Source of the DNA: an uncultured delta proteobacterium | Lineage (GTDB): Bacteria > Desulfobacterota > Binatia > UBA9968 | Direction: 5' to 3' | Assembly: GCA_963804165.1 (NCBI GenBank) | Contig: CAWDPO010000045.1 | Coordinates: 32,001 to 96,000 of the forward strand | Length of the DNA: 64,000 bases | Notes under the pieces: model-generated | The model's input: the letters and a program-made list of their open reading frames with translations, nothing else | Databases searched by the model: none | Told to the model about the DNA's origin: nothing | In this document: positions 18,766 to 28,545 of the stretch, piece after piece | How positions within the stretch are numbered: position 1 is the first letter of the stretch | Layout: each line of letters opens with the position of its first letter | Translations under genes and position numbers: made by a program

Positions 18766-20478
18766 ATGCACGGCGGACAGGCGATATTGAAAGCGATCGA
18801 ACGGAGCGGCATCGATTTTATTTTGTCCTCGCCGGGGTCGGAGTGGCCGCCGGTTTGGGAAGCTTTGGCCGACGCCGCGGCGCGCGGCGCGAAAAATCCC
18901 AAATACATCAACTGCCGCCACGAAGCCGTCGCCGTCGCCATGGCAGCGGGCTACGCGAAAGTCACCCATCGACCGCAGGTGGTCATGCTGCACGCCACCG
19001 CCGGACCGCTCAACGCGGCGATGACGTTGCGCGCCGCGCTGCAAGAACGCACACCGATGGTGATCATCAGCGGTGAGATCGCCGCCTACGGCGAAAACAC
19101 CAAAGTCGCGGATCCCGGCGGCCAGTGGCTGCACGACCTCACCGATCTCGGCGGTTCGCCCGACTTGTTGCGCGGTTGCGTCAAGTGGGCCGACCGTGTC
19201 ATGTCAGCAGAACTTTTGGCGTCGACCATCGAGCGCGCCGTGCGCATCGCCATGGAGCCGCCGGCAGGACCGGTGCTCATAGGAATTCCCTTTGAGTGCA
19301 TGATGGAAGAAGTCAATTACATCGAGCACGGCAAAGCCAATGAAGTGGTGCGCGCCCACGAGGTCGGTGACGATGCCATCAATAAGACGTTGAATCTCAT
19401 CGCCGCAGCAAAAAATCCGGTGGTGTTAACCGAACACGTCGGCGGCGATCCGCGCGCGGTCGAGCGGCTGGTCGAACTTTGCGAGTTGTTCGCGATCCCC
19501 GTCATGGAGAGTTACCGTCCGGCGTTTATGAATTTTCCCCGCACCCATCCGCTCTATCTGCATCATGATCCCAAGCTCGTCGACGCGGCGGATTTAGTCC
19601 TGATGGTCGATGCCGTAACGCCTTGGTATCCGGCGAGCAAGACGCCGAAAAACGCCAAGATCGTTGCCATCGCCGACGAGTTTCCCAACTCGCGGTTACC
19701 GTACTGGGGTTATAATGTCGATCTTGCTTTGGTCGCGCCTCCGGCAACGACGCTCGAGAAACTCGTGAAGAAAGCCAAGGCATCCGAACAGGTCGCGGCC
19801 AACCGCTCTGTGTACCAACAACGGCTGGCGCATACGCGCGAGCAGCACGATACCTATTTCGGCAAACTAAAAGAAGAAGCGCAAAAGCACGCTGATGAGA
19901 CGCCGATCGATCCGCGTTGGGCCTGTCACGCGCTCGGCGAGGCAATTCCCGAGAACGCCGTCATCTCCGAGGAGACCACAGTCTATCGCGGCCTGATCCA
20001 GGAAACGATTCCACGCAGTCAAACCCAATCGTATTTCGCGCGGATCACGGGCGGATTGGGCGTGGGTCTAAGTTATGCCCTAGGGGTCAAATTGGCCCTG
20101 CCCGATCGTCCGGTTTTTGCGCTGATCGGCGACGGCGCCTTTCACTACAACGCCGTGCCGTCTTGTCTTGGCGTCGCGGAAGAATACGGTCTGCCGATTC
20201 ACGCGGTGATTTTTAATAATGGCCGCTATCTGTCAATGGAAACCAGCTTGATCAAATATTTTCCCAACGGGGCGGCAAAAAAGACCGGCGTCCATTTCGG
20301 TGCCGAGATCGGTCCCCGACCCGATTACCAATACTACGGCAAAGCCCACGGCGGTTACGGCTACCGCGTCAGCAACCCCGGCGAAATCAAAACCGCGGTC
20401 GAACAAGCGCTCAAGCACGAGGCGGAAGGCAAGCTTACTGTGATCGACGTCGTGCTGAGCGATTTAAATCCAAGATAG
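18766..20478 (+). CDS. thiamine pyrophosphate-dependent enzyme (acetolactate synthase/decarboxylase-like)
   Basis: CRHEAVAVAMAAGYA; GDGAF...FNN TPP-binding motif. Confidence 0.92.
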   Translation: MHGGQAILKAIERSGIDFILSSPGSEWPPVWEALADAAARGAKNPKYINCRHEAVAVAMAAGYAKVTHRPQVVMLHATAGPLNAAMTLRAALQERTPMVIISGEIAAYGENTKVADPGGQWLHDLTDLGGSPDLLRGCVKWADRVMSAELLASTIERAVRIAMEPPAGPVLIGIPFECMMEEVNYIEHGKANEVVRAHEVGDDAINKTLNLIAAAKNPVVLTEHVGGDPRAVERLVELCELFAIPVMESYRPAFMNFPRTHPLYLHHDPKLVDAADLVLMVDAVTPWYPASKTPKNAKIVAIADEFPNSRLPYWGYNVDLALVAPPATTLEKLVKKAKASEQVAANRSVYQQRLAHTREQHDTYFGKLKEEAQKHADETPIDPRWACHALGEAIPENAVISEETTVYRGLIQETIPRSQTQSYFARITGGLGVGLSYALGVKLALPDRPVFALIGDGAFHYNAVPSCLGVAEEYGLPIHAVIFNNGRYLSMETSLIKYFPNGAAKKTGVHFGAEIGPRPDYQYYGKAHGGYGYRVSNPGEIKTAVEQALKHEAEGKLTVIDVVLSDLNPR

Positions 20479-20517
20479 TAATGCCGCGCAGCCTCTGGGC
20501 TGAGTGGGCAACTGAGG

Positions 20518-20880
20518 CTAAGTCTTGAGCCCGCTCATAATGCCGCCCCATAGAGCCAAAATCAGGCCGATTGCGGCCAACGTCACGCCAACTAGCGGCA
20601 CGATCAGGAGTAGGCCTAGACCCAAAATCACCAAGAGTATGCCGGGAGCAAGCGGATTGAAGCGCGATCGGCTCGGCTCGCTCTCGACCCGCCGCGTCTC
20701 TTCGGCAATCGTCGAGACCTCTTCATGTAAAAGCGTCTCCGCCAACTCTTTAAGGCCGGAGCGCTTTTCCGGGTCCGCCGTGCGGATGATGCGACTCAGG
20801 TCGGCAACCAGTTTTTCGACTTGCTCTTCCGTTCTTACGCTGACATTGGGGTCGGAAAATGAGCGACTTGCGTTTGGCAT
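20518..20880 (-). CDS. hypothetical membrane protein (two C-terminal TM helices)
   Basis: 120-aa ORF with hydrophobic C-terminus; sigma54-like promoter directly upstream. Confidence 0.7.
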   Translation of the reverse strand: MPNASRSFSDPNVSVRTEEQVEKLVADLSRIIRTADPEKRSGLKELAETLLHEEVSTIAEETRRVESEPSRSRFNPLAPGILLVILGLGLLLIVPLVGVTLAAIGLILALWGGIMSGLKT

Positions 20881-20895
20881 ATACGCAGTACAGGC

Positions 20896-20910
20896 GCAAT
20901 GGACGGGCCA
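20896..20910 (-). promoter_or_regulatory. sigma54 -24/-12 promoter
   Basis: minus strand TGGCCC-GTCCA-TTGC. Confidence 0.65.
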
Positions 20911-21278
20911 GAATCAATTTTCATTGGAATTCAATGAAATGGGCCGGAGTTGACCGCTCGCGGCCGGTTTCAGTGCAGGAAATTTCCTGGTAGTGAATAG
21001 GGAAAACGAGGACGACTCAAAGAGGCGAGTGGAGAATCTGTGAGTCTATCTCAGTGTACCAGTCGATCAGGACACCTTGAACGGGAACATTTTTCAGACT
21101 TTGTGCGGCCGCGAGACCGCTGAATTGCCGATGATCATCACGACGGGATGAATCGCTTTTTTAAAAACAAGAAGGAAAAGCGGGCGTCTCGCGAAGCTGG
21201 ACATGCCGCGAGACGCACAAATTATTTGTCTGCTCGTTACGAGTAGTGGCGTAGAGTGTCGATCACGCTGCGGCCTCT

Positions 21279-21722
21279 CTAGGACGCTAAACGCAAATCG
21301 ATACTCGAAAATTCGTGCTCAGGACCCGTCGCGTGCGAATCAGCACATTGCGATTTCCCCTGTTTATGATCCAGCAGACCGCGTCGAATATATCCCGGCG
21401 TCAGTCCTAAGATTTCGCATAAGTTCTCGAAGGTAAAAACGCCGTCTTCTTCACCTGAGAAAAACCATTGTTCAGTTTCCTGAAAGATTCTCTTGCCGCG
21501 TCCCTTTTTGACAAAGCAAAAACGCAGATAACAATCTATTGCGTCTCTGAGGACCGCTGCAGCCAGCCGTCGTTCCGCCGTCAACGCCGGGCGATTTCGG
21601 TACACGTCCAAGAATTCGTTCACTACCAAAACGTCGGGCTGACCGAATAGCCGTTGCGCCTGCTCTTGATTAGAAAGACTGCCTTCGTACTCCGAACTGA
21701 ATAGACCGTTCGTCCCCAGCAT
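21279..21722 (-). CDS. hypothetical protein, paralog of 45876-46310
   Basis: AERRLAAAVLRDAIDC...WFFS..FTFENLCEILGLTPGYIRRGL shared with the paralog. Confidence 0.8.
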   Translation of the reverse strand: MLGTNGLFSSEYEGSLSNQEQAQRLFGQPDVLVVNEFLDVYRNRPALTAERRLAAAVLRDAIDCYLRFCFVKKGRGKRIFQETEQWFFSGEEDGVFTFENLCEILGLTPGYIRRGLLDHKQGKSQCADSHATGPEHEFSSIDLRLAS

Positions 21723-21803
21723 GATTCACCTCTTCCTCAAATAGATTATCGTCGAACTAACCCCAGCCCGACATGGAGCTGAAAAGGTTTGGCCTGTGTC
21801 CGT

Positions 21804-21818
21804 GCAACTCTCGTACCG
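21804..21818 (-). promoter_or_regulatory. sigma54 -24/-12 promoter
   Basis: minus strand CGGTAC-GAGAG-TTGC, about 80 bp upstream of the start at 21722. Confidence 0.55.
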
Positions 21819-22093
21819 CAATATGGAGTTAATCCCCAGCAAAAAAACCGTTGAAAATACGTGGTTGAAGAATCATTCTTCCGCTAACTGAGTAGGAAAA
21901 ATCCCAAAGTTGTGGGAAAAACCCTTACACAATTCCCGAGGACGCTGACTTGACGCTTGGTGGTTTAACGGGACACGAGGTAGAAAATATGCCGATAGTG
22001 AGCGGCGAGACGACCCGGGAAATCGGCGAACCAGGTTGTCGTCTGTGCGGGATGGTGGCAAACGCCAACCATCGATTCTGCGAGAGATTTAAT

Positions 22094-23089
22094 TTAACGT
22101 AGCCGCGCAAAGAAGCCGCTGTCGTCCAACTTTTTGCAGAGACTCATGTCCGCAATGTCTTCCGGCTTGAGCTCCGCCGCTTTGGGATTAAGCCCGTGCT
22201 GCGCCACCAGCTTTAACACCGAGGCGATTCCCGGGAAGCTTGGACATGGCTTGCGCGGGAAGGATTCAGCGATCGTCTGATAAGCGCGTTCTAAACGATC
22301 GGCGCGATCGATCCGTAAATTGCGCGCGATACTGTCGACGACAATTTTCTTATTCGCAGGATTTTGCACAAAGGCGACGCCTTCGATGACCGCTTTCGAG
22401 AGGTTCTCGACGACTTGCGGATTGCCACGAATATATTTGCGCGATGCGACCAAGCCCGACGATTGAAACGGGACATTTGCTTTGCCCAGATCGAACAGCG
22501 CCGGATAACCCTGTTGCACCACGATCTGCTCGACCTCCGGATTGAAAAATGCGGCGTCGATGCCTCCGGCGAACAAAGCGGACATGCGTTCCGGCGTGCT
22601 GCCCGTGTTCAAAAGCGTGATACGGTCGCGCCGCGGCACCAGGCCCAGATGGTCCAGCCCCACGTAAGTCGCCAGCGCGAGCGAGCCTGACGGCGTACCG
22701 ATACCAACTTTCTTGCCCTTCAAATCTTCGGGATTCTTGATCCCCGGTCGCACGTTCAAAAAGTAGCTTAGCTTTTCCTCCATGCCGAGGAGCATCGTCA
22801 TGTCGCCACCCGCGGTAACCGCGTTGGTGACATGGGTAGCGCCGAGCAAGCCGAACTGAATATCGCCAGCGAGCATCGACTGCATCGCCCGCCCGGCGAT
22901 AATGTAGATCAACTGCGGATCGACGTTGTATTTGCGGAAGATCCCTTGCTCCTTGGCAATCCACAGCGGCATCGCGTTGCCGCCGATGGCGCCGTATGCG
23001 AGCAAGAACTTCGCGGGCGTCTCCGCCGCGTTGCCGGTGCCCGTGAAAACGAAAGAGAAAATAACCGCAGTCAGCCATCGACTCTTCAT
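22094..23089 (-). CDS. NMT1/SsuA-type ABC substrate-binding protein
   Basis: signal peptide; PLWIAKEQGIFRKY, EDLKGKKVGI. Confidence 0.88.
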   Translation of the reverse strand: MKSRWLTAVIFSFVFTGTGNAAETPAKFLLAYGAIGGNAMPLWIAKEQGIFRKYNVDPQLIYIIAGRAMQSMLAGDIQFGLLGATHVTNAVTAGGDMTMLLGMEEKLSYFLNVRPGIKNPEDLKGKKVGIGTPSGSLALATYVGLDHLGLVPRRDRITLLNTGSTPERMSALFAGGIDAAFFNPEVEQIVVQQGYPALFDLGKANVPFQSSGLVASRKYIRGNPQVVENLSKAVIEGVAFVQNPANKKIVVDSIARNLRIDRADRLERAYQTIAESFPRKPCPSFPGIASVLKLVAQHGLNPKAAELKPEDIADMSLCKKLDDSGFFARLR

Positions 23090-23117
23090 GGGCAATTCGC
23101 CTTGGCTTTTAGACGGC

Positions 23118-23150
23118 TTGAACTTTTTGAACGATTTGAACGGCTTGAAC
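23118..23150. repeat. 9-bp-period TTGAAC tandem repeat
   Basis: four TTGAAC units at 9-bp spacing. Confidence 0.7.
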
Positions 23151-23166
23151 AAATTCCGTTCTACGC

Positions 23167-23865
23167 TCAGCTCTTCGCCCGCCTGCCTTGACCGAAAAGG
23201 ATTTTTTTCGCCTCTTCGGTCATCCCGCGGGCATCGGGATTGACCTGGCGCGCCAAAGCATAGGCGCGCTCGACCGCGGGGCGTTTTTGAATGGTTTCAA
23301 ACCAGCGCTTGAGATTGGGAAAATCATTGAGATCCTGGCCTTGCCGTTCGTGCAGCACGATCCACGGATAACAGGCCATGTCGGCGATTGAGTAATCGCC
23401 GGCGACGAAGGCTCGGTCTGCCAGCCGATCGTCGAGCACGCCGTAGAGCCGCTCGGTTTCTTTCGTGTAGCGTTCGATCGCGTAGGTGATTTTCTCGGCG
23501 CTATAATTTCTGAAGTGATGATTCTGTCCGAGCATTGGGCCAAGCCCGCCCATTTGCCAGAACAGCCACTGCATCACTTCCGCGCGCCCGCGCGCGTCGC
23601 TCGGCAAATAGGCGCCTGATTTTGTAGCAAGATATTCGAGGATCGCGCCGGATTCGAAAATGCTGAGCGGCTCGCCTTCGTCCGCCGGCTCATGATCGAC
23701 GATCGCCGGAATCCGATTGTTCGGTGAGATTTTCAGAAACTCAGGATTGAACTGCTCACCCTTGCCGATGTTGACCGGCTTGATTGAATAGAGAAGACCC
23801 GTCTCTTCCAGAAAAATCGTGATCTTGTGTCCGTTTGGCGTGGTCCAGTAATAAACGTCAATCAT
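23167..23865 (-). CDS. glutathione S-transferase, YfcG/YghU (nu-class) like
   Basis: TPNGHK, SPNNRIPAI, FESGAIL, WQMGGLGPMLGQ. Confidence 0.92.
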   Translation of the reverse strand: MIDVYYWTTPNGHKITIFLEETGLLYSIKPVNIGKGEQFNPEFLKISPNNRIPAIVDHEPADEGEPLSIFESGAILEYLATKSGAYLPSDARGRAEVMQWLFWQMGGLGPMLGQNHHFRNYSAEKITYAIERYTKETERLYGVLDDRLADRAFVAGDYSIADMACYPWIVLHERQGQDLNDFPNLKRWFETIQKRPAVERAYALARQVNPDARGMTEEAKKILFGQGRRAKS

Positions 23866-23909
23866 GGGAACCTCCAAGAAGGCTTGAGGCGAGAGGCTTG
23901 AGTAAAAAT

Positions 23910-24263
23910 CTAAAATAGCTTCGACACAAGCGTCGCCAGCATTCTGCTGATCTCTTCGATCTCCTTCAAAATAGAATCACTTTCCGTCACTTTAAGATAT
24001 TTTAACCTTACCGCCAACAAAATTTGAGTCTCTAGCTCAAGCAAGGAGCCTCGAGCGATCGACACATGGTGCCTATACTCCCCCGTGGCCTGTCTTCCGT
24101 ATCCTTCTGCAATATTCGACGGTACAGACACCGCCGCTCGTCGCATTTGAGACACCAATCCCCACTGCTCGACAGATGGAAAACTTTTCGTGAGATGGTA
24201 CACGGTCTCAACCAAATCCATACTACGTTGCCAAACCAAAAGATCTTTGTGACTCGCGACCAT
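23910..24263 (-). CDS. four helix bundle protein (23S rRNA intervening-sequence/bAvd-like family)
   Basis: DLLVWQRSM, FP..E..GL.SQMRRAAVSVPSNIAEG, ARGSLLELETQ; lower GC. Confidence 0.92.
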   Translation of the reverse strand: MVASHKDLLVWQRSMDLVETVYHLTKSFPSVEQWGLVSQMRRAAVSVPSNIAEGYGRQATGEYRHHVSIARGSLLELETQILLAVRLKYLKVTESDSILKEIEEISRMLATLVSKLF

Positions 24264-24332
24264 CCGAATTTCGGGCTCCTCGTTGTTCCTATTCTTTACT
24301 CTTACTCATGCCTCGCGCCTCAAGCCTCACGC

Positions 24333-25340
24333 CTACTTTCCATAAACCCTATCAATAAACCCTTCCTTTTCCAGCTCGCGCACGATGCTGTCGTCGACCA
24401 GACTGTCCACCGTAACCTTGCTCCCGGGCGCTTGCTTCAAGGCGTCGTCGAGCTGAATTTTCATCCCCTCGCGAGTCGTATAAGGAACGCGCTCCAGTAT
24501 CTTGAAAGTCGAATCGTATGAGCTGTCGAGATACGCCTTGTTAGCGCCGCGCAGGTATTTCGCGACTATCTTTTGCGCGCCTTCCTTATTCGTCTTGAAA
24601 TAATGCGAAGCTTCGATCAGCGCCATCATGACTCGTTTCACCACCGAACGATTTTTCGCCAAATAACTCTTGGTCGTCACGGCGCAGATGAATGGCAGCG
24701 GATAGGGCTTTTTCAGATCGGCCATATCCGCGATAACGCGATGCGGCAGCCCGCCGGGAATCAGGTTCACATTTCCCGGCGGCGACGGAAAGCCGGCGAT
24801 GACGCCACGGCTGAAGCCGGCCGCCCGCTCCGAAGCGCCGCCGACCTGCAGGATTTTCACGTCTTCCTGCGGCCGCAGACCCAAGCCTTTGAGCAACTCC
24901 CGAGCAGCGATGTCCGAAACGCTGCCGAAGCGGCTGATGCCGATGGACTTTCCTTTTAAGTCTTCCGGTGATTTGATGCTGTCGAGCACGACCAATTCGT
25001 AGGCCAGGACATTGATCGTGCAACCGACGCTCACCGTATCGGCCCCTCGCACCGCCGCGTTCGCAACACCGCTCCCCGCTGCGTTGCCCACGTGAATATC
25101 TTGCGCGACGATCGCCGTAACGCCGACCGTCGTACTGCCGATGTAGACCAAATCCACATCCAGACCATTCTTTTTATAGAATCCGCCGTCCTGCGCGATG
25201 GTCCAGATTTGATTGAGCGTGTCCGTCGAGCTGTAGGCGATTTTGATCCTGTCCTGCGCTTGCGTGCAAAGGGGCCAGAGGACGAAAAGAAGCAGGACGG
25301 AACAGAGAAATTTTCGATGACACTCGTTTCGACAATTCAT
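24333..25340 (-). CDS. NMT1/SsuA-type ABC substrate-binding protein
   Basis: signal peptide; GFYKKNGLDVDLV, EDLKGKSIGISRFGS. Confidence 0.88.
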   Translation of the reverse strand: MNCRNECHRKFLCSVLLLFVLWPLCTQAQDRIKIAYSSTDTLNQIWTIAQDGGFYKKNGLDVDLVYIGSTTVGVTAIVAQDIHVGNAAGSGVANAAVRGADTVSVGCTINVLAYELVVLDSIKSPEDLKGKSIGISRFGSVSDIAARELLKGLGLRPQEDVKILQVGGASERAAGFSRGVIAGFPSPPGNVNLIPGGLPHRVIADMADLKKPYPLPFICAVTTKSYLAKNRSVVKRVMMALIEASHYFKTNKEGAQKIVAKYLRGANKAYLDSSYDSTFKILERVPYTTREGMKIQLDDALKQAPGSKVTVDSLVDDSIVRELEKEGFIDRVYGK

Positions 25341-25370
25341 AATCCCCCCAGCGTTTAACAGCCTTTCCGA

Positions 25371-25394
25371 GGGCGCAACATGCTGCGCCCGTAC
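25371..25394. repeat. REP-like hairpin
   Basis: GGGCGCAACATGCTGCGCCCGTAC. Confidence 0.6.
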
Positions 25395-25412
25395 AACCCT
25401 ATTGCCTGTTGC

Positions 25413-27659
25413 CTACTGCCTATTCTCGCGCAGCGCTGCATAAACCTTCTCCGCTGTCACTGGAACGTCGAATAGCCGCACGCCGCACGCGTCATGAACC
25501 GCGTTGGCGATCGCCGCGGGCGGAGTCACGTTGGCATGCTCGCCAATGCCTTTCGCCTCGTAGGGCCCGGGGCCGTTCTTGCCGCCTTTTACCAGCACGG
25601 TCTTGAACTTTGGAATATCGAGGATGTTCGGAATCTTGTATTCGCCGAGATTGGTCGTGGTGATTTTGCCCTGATCGTCGATCAGCTCTTCCATCAAGCT
25701 CGAACCGATCGCCATGATCGCCTCGCCGTCGATCTGTCCCTGATGGCCCAGCGGATTGATGATCGTGCCGACGTCATGGGCGCTGACGAATTTATTCAGC
25801 TTCACTCTCCCTGTCTCGGGATCGACCTCGACCTCCGCCACTTGGGCGATGAAGGAAGTCGACGACCCTTTGCGCGGCACTTCGGTTTCAACGCTGACGG
25901 CCACCGGCGCGTTCGTCGAATTCACCACCTCACTCAACGTCAACAACTTGCGTTTGCTCCCCTTGCTGGAAAACTTGCCTGACTCGTAAACCACTTGATC
26001 TTCTGCGCAGCCGAGCAGAGTCGCCGCTTGGCCATTGAGTTTTTTGCGCAGCTCAGCCGAAGCTTGAAACGCCGCGGCGCTGTTGATGTTGGTCGAGCGG
26101 CTGCCGCCAAAACCGACGTCGACGCTATAAGAAACATCCGCGGTGTTGCCGATGCGGCAACGCACCTGTTCATAAGGCACCTGCATTTCCGCCGCGACCG
26201 TTTGGCAAAGAATTGTTTGCAAGCCCGTTCCCTGATCGCCGGCGACGGTGAACACGGTCAAGCTGCCGTCGAGCTCAGCGGTTAGGTTGACCCAAACTTT
26301 GCCGGCACCGGTGCCGCGCTCATACATCGCCACGCCGCGGCCGACGTTGGCCCGCTTGGGCGATTTCCAGCCCGCCGCATCGAGGGCGGCTTTTAATGTT
26401 TCTTTCGCCTTCACGCCTGTCCAAGATCTACCCAGCGCGTTTTCTTCGCCTTCACCGACGAGATTCATCATACGAAATTTCGCCGGGTCCATTTTTAATT
26501 CCTTGGCGATCAGATCCATATGCGACTCGGAGGCGAACACCGCTTGGATCGCACCCGGCGCGCGCCAGAAACCGCAGGGCACTGTGTTGGTGTACACCTG
26601 CAGCGCCTCCATATAACTGTTGTCGATTTTGTACGGCGTCGCCGATCCGGCGCCACCGATGCTGGCGCGGCCCGGCTTCATGCCGGCGTAGGCGCCGGTG
26701 CCATGGATCGCCTGTAGATAGCGCGCGGTCATCCGGCCATCGCGCTTTACGCCGGTCTTCACCTTGACCACCGTGTAGTGATCCGGGTTCATCGCGGTCA
26801 ATTCTTCGGTGTGAGTTAGAACGATTTTCACCGGCCGCTTGGCTTGCTTGGCGAGGAAATAGCAAATCGGTAATTCACCCGCGCCGCTCTTGCCGCCGAA
26901 GTCGGCGCCGACGTGGACCGCCTGAAGGCGAATCTGGCTCACCGGAATGCCGGCCGCCTTGGCGAATTGGCCGCGCGTACCAAACGGACCTTTGGTCGAG
27001 GCCCAGGCATTGACCTTGCCGTCGTCCTCGATCTTGACGAGAAACGACTGCGGCTCGAGGTAGCCTTGATGATGGATCGGCATGCGGAAAGTGTGTTCCA
27101 AAACTAGGTCGGCTTCAGAAAAGCCTTTTTCGATATCGCCTTTGCCGAAAGTCAGTTTGTTCAATACGTTGCCGCCGGCGGGGGCCATGATATCCGCGGG
27201 CGCGCCGTCGTAACCCGGTGCGTTGTCATGCAAGATCGGCGCACCAGGGTTCATCGCTTCGAGCACGTCGAAGACCGCCGGCAGCTGTTCATATTCGACG
27301 TCGATTAGATTGACCGCTTCCTCCGCTGCGTCGCGGCTTTCTGCGGCAACCGCCGCGACTTTGTCGCCGACGTAGCGCACTTTGTCCCAGCACATAACTG
27401 GAATATCGCGAATGCTCTTGCCTTGATAATGTTCCGGCTCATCTTTGCCGGTGACGATCGCCTTCACGCCCTCAACCTTCCACGCCCTGGAAGTATCGAT
27501 ATTTTTGATACGCGCATGGGGATACGGACTGCGCAGAATTTTTCCCCACAACGCGTCCGCAAAATGCACGTCCGCGCCATAAATCGCCTGTCCGCTGACT
27601 TTGTCCGCGCCCTCGACCCGCCCCACGTTGGCGCCGATGATCGGTGATGTCTTCGCCAT
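25413..27659 (-). CDS. xanthine dehydrogenase family molybdopterin-binding large subunit
   Basis: ILRSPYPHA, VGADFGGK, AHDVGTIINP, AKGIGE; paralog of 10157-12394. Confidence 0.93.
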   Translation of the reverse strand: MAKTSPIIGANVGRVEGADKVSGQAIYGADVHFADALWGKILRSPYPHARIKNIDTSRAWKVEGVKAIVTGKDEPEHYQGKSIRDIPVMCWDKVRYVGDKVAAVAAESRDAAEEAVNLIDVEYEQLPAVFDVLEAMNPGAPILHDNAPGYDGAPADIMAPAGGNVLNKLTFGKGDIEKGFSEADLVLEHTFRMPIHHQGYLEPQSFLVKIEDDGKVNAWASTKGPFGTRGQFAKAAGIPVSQIRLQAVHVGADFGGKSGAGELPICYFLAKQAKRPVKIVLTHTEELTAMNPDHYTVVKVKTGVKRDGRMTARYLQAIHGTGAYAGMKPGRASIGGAGSATPYKIDNSYMEALQVYTNTVPCGFWRAPGAIQAVFASESHMDLIAKELKMDPAKFRMMNLVGEGEENALGRSWTGVKAKETLKAALDAAGWKSPKRANVGRGVAMYERGTGAGKVWVNLTAELDGSLTVFTVAGDQGTGLQTILCQTVAAEMQVPYEQVRCRIGNTADVSYSVDVGFGGSRSTNINSAAAFQASAELRKKLNGQAATLLGCAEDQVVYESGKFSSKGSKRKLLTLSEVVNSTNAPVAVSVETEVPRKGSSTSFIAQVAEVEVDPETGRVKLNKFVSAHDVGTIINPLGHQGQIDGEAIMAIGSSLMEELIDDQGKITTTNLGEYKIPNILDIPKFKTVLVKGGKNGPGPYEAKGIGEHANVTPPAAIANAVHDACGVRLFDVPVTAEKVYAALRENRQ

Positions 27660-27714
27660 GCAAGATTCTCCTTTGTCTGATTCTATATTAGGCTATTCTG
27701 AGGACCTTCCAATT

Positions 27715-27804
27715 GTTCAAACCGTTCAATTCGTCTCCGTAAGTTCCAACGATTTGAACTGAACGCAGCGGTTGAACGGAGCAAAGCGATTGAACGTTTT
27801 GAAC
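27715..27804. repeat. GTTCAA/TTGAAC inverted repeat cluster
   Basis: GTTCAA units on the left, TTGAAC units on the right. Confidence 0.6.
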
Positions 27805-27810
27805 ACCAAC

Positions 27811-28398
27811 GTGCACTCACTTCACTGCCGCGCCTGCAAAGAGCGCGTGCGCGAACTGCTGACGGTCATTTACGGCAAATGCCGCGTCAATCGCTCATTT
27901 CCCTGGCCGGCACAGCCCGAGGCATACGCGAATGCACCCGTCGGGGATCAATTGAAACAAATCCGCACCGCCTTGGGTGATTTCCGCGGCCATCGCGACT
28001 TTATCAAAAGCGCTCAGGTTCCGCCTTGCGATTACGTCGTGTCAGACCCGCCTTTTATCTTAGAATTCGATGAGAGCCAACACTTTACCCGCCCGAGAGC
28101 AATTACGCTGGCGCTCTACACGGATGATTTGCAGCTCGGTTTTTCAACATCCCGATGGCGAGAGCTCTGCTGCGAGATCAACGCCGTGGATGATCAGCCC
28201 TTCGACCGCGACGAGCGGCGTGCCTGGTACGATACTCTGCGCGATCTGGTTCCCGCTATCTATGGGCTTGGGCCGACGGTACGGTTGTACGCCGGCGAAT
28301 ACCCCTGGTGCTCACTCAAGGCCGACTCCAACCACGACCGTGGCGTGTTCCTCGATATGCTCTGCGGCCGGATGCCTGGCGGAAAATCGCTGAAATAG
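27811..28398 (+). CDS. hypothetical protein, possible PD-(D/E)xK/Vsr-like nuclease fold
   Basis: CDYVV..PFILEFDESQHF and RAWYDTLRD; start uncertain because upstream codons lie in a repeat. Confidence 0.6.
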   Translation: MHSLHCRACKERVRELLTVIYGKCRVNRSFPWPAQPEAYANAPVGDQLKQIRTALGDFRGHRDFIKSAQVPPCDYVVSDPPFILEFDESQHFTRPRAITLALYTDDLQLGFSTSRWRELCCEINAVDDQPFDRDERRAWYDTLRDLVPAIYGLGPTVRLYAGEYPWCSLKADSNHDRGVFLDMLCGRMPGGKSLK

Positions 28399-28545
28399 CA
28401 ATTAGCTGCCCGTCGGCGAAGACTTTTGCCGGCCCGTTCGTATCAACCATTGAACGGGAGTTTATCTGGCCTTATCTTCGGAGCCCGCTAGTTGTATGAT
28501 TAATTTTGTAAGTCGCGCCCTCATCAATTCGTGTTATTCAACTCT

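Noticed and set aside
23910-24263. diversity-generating retroelement suggested by the Avd-like protein
   Set aside because: No reverse transcriptase and no template/variable repeat pair seen in the window
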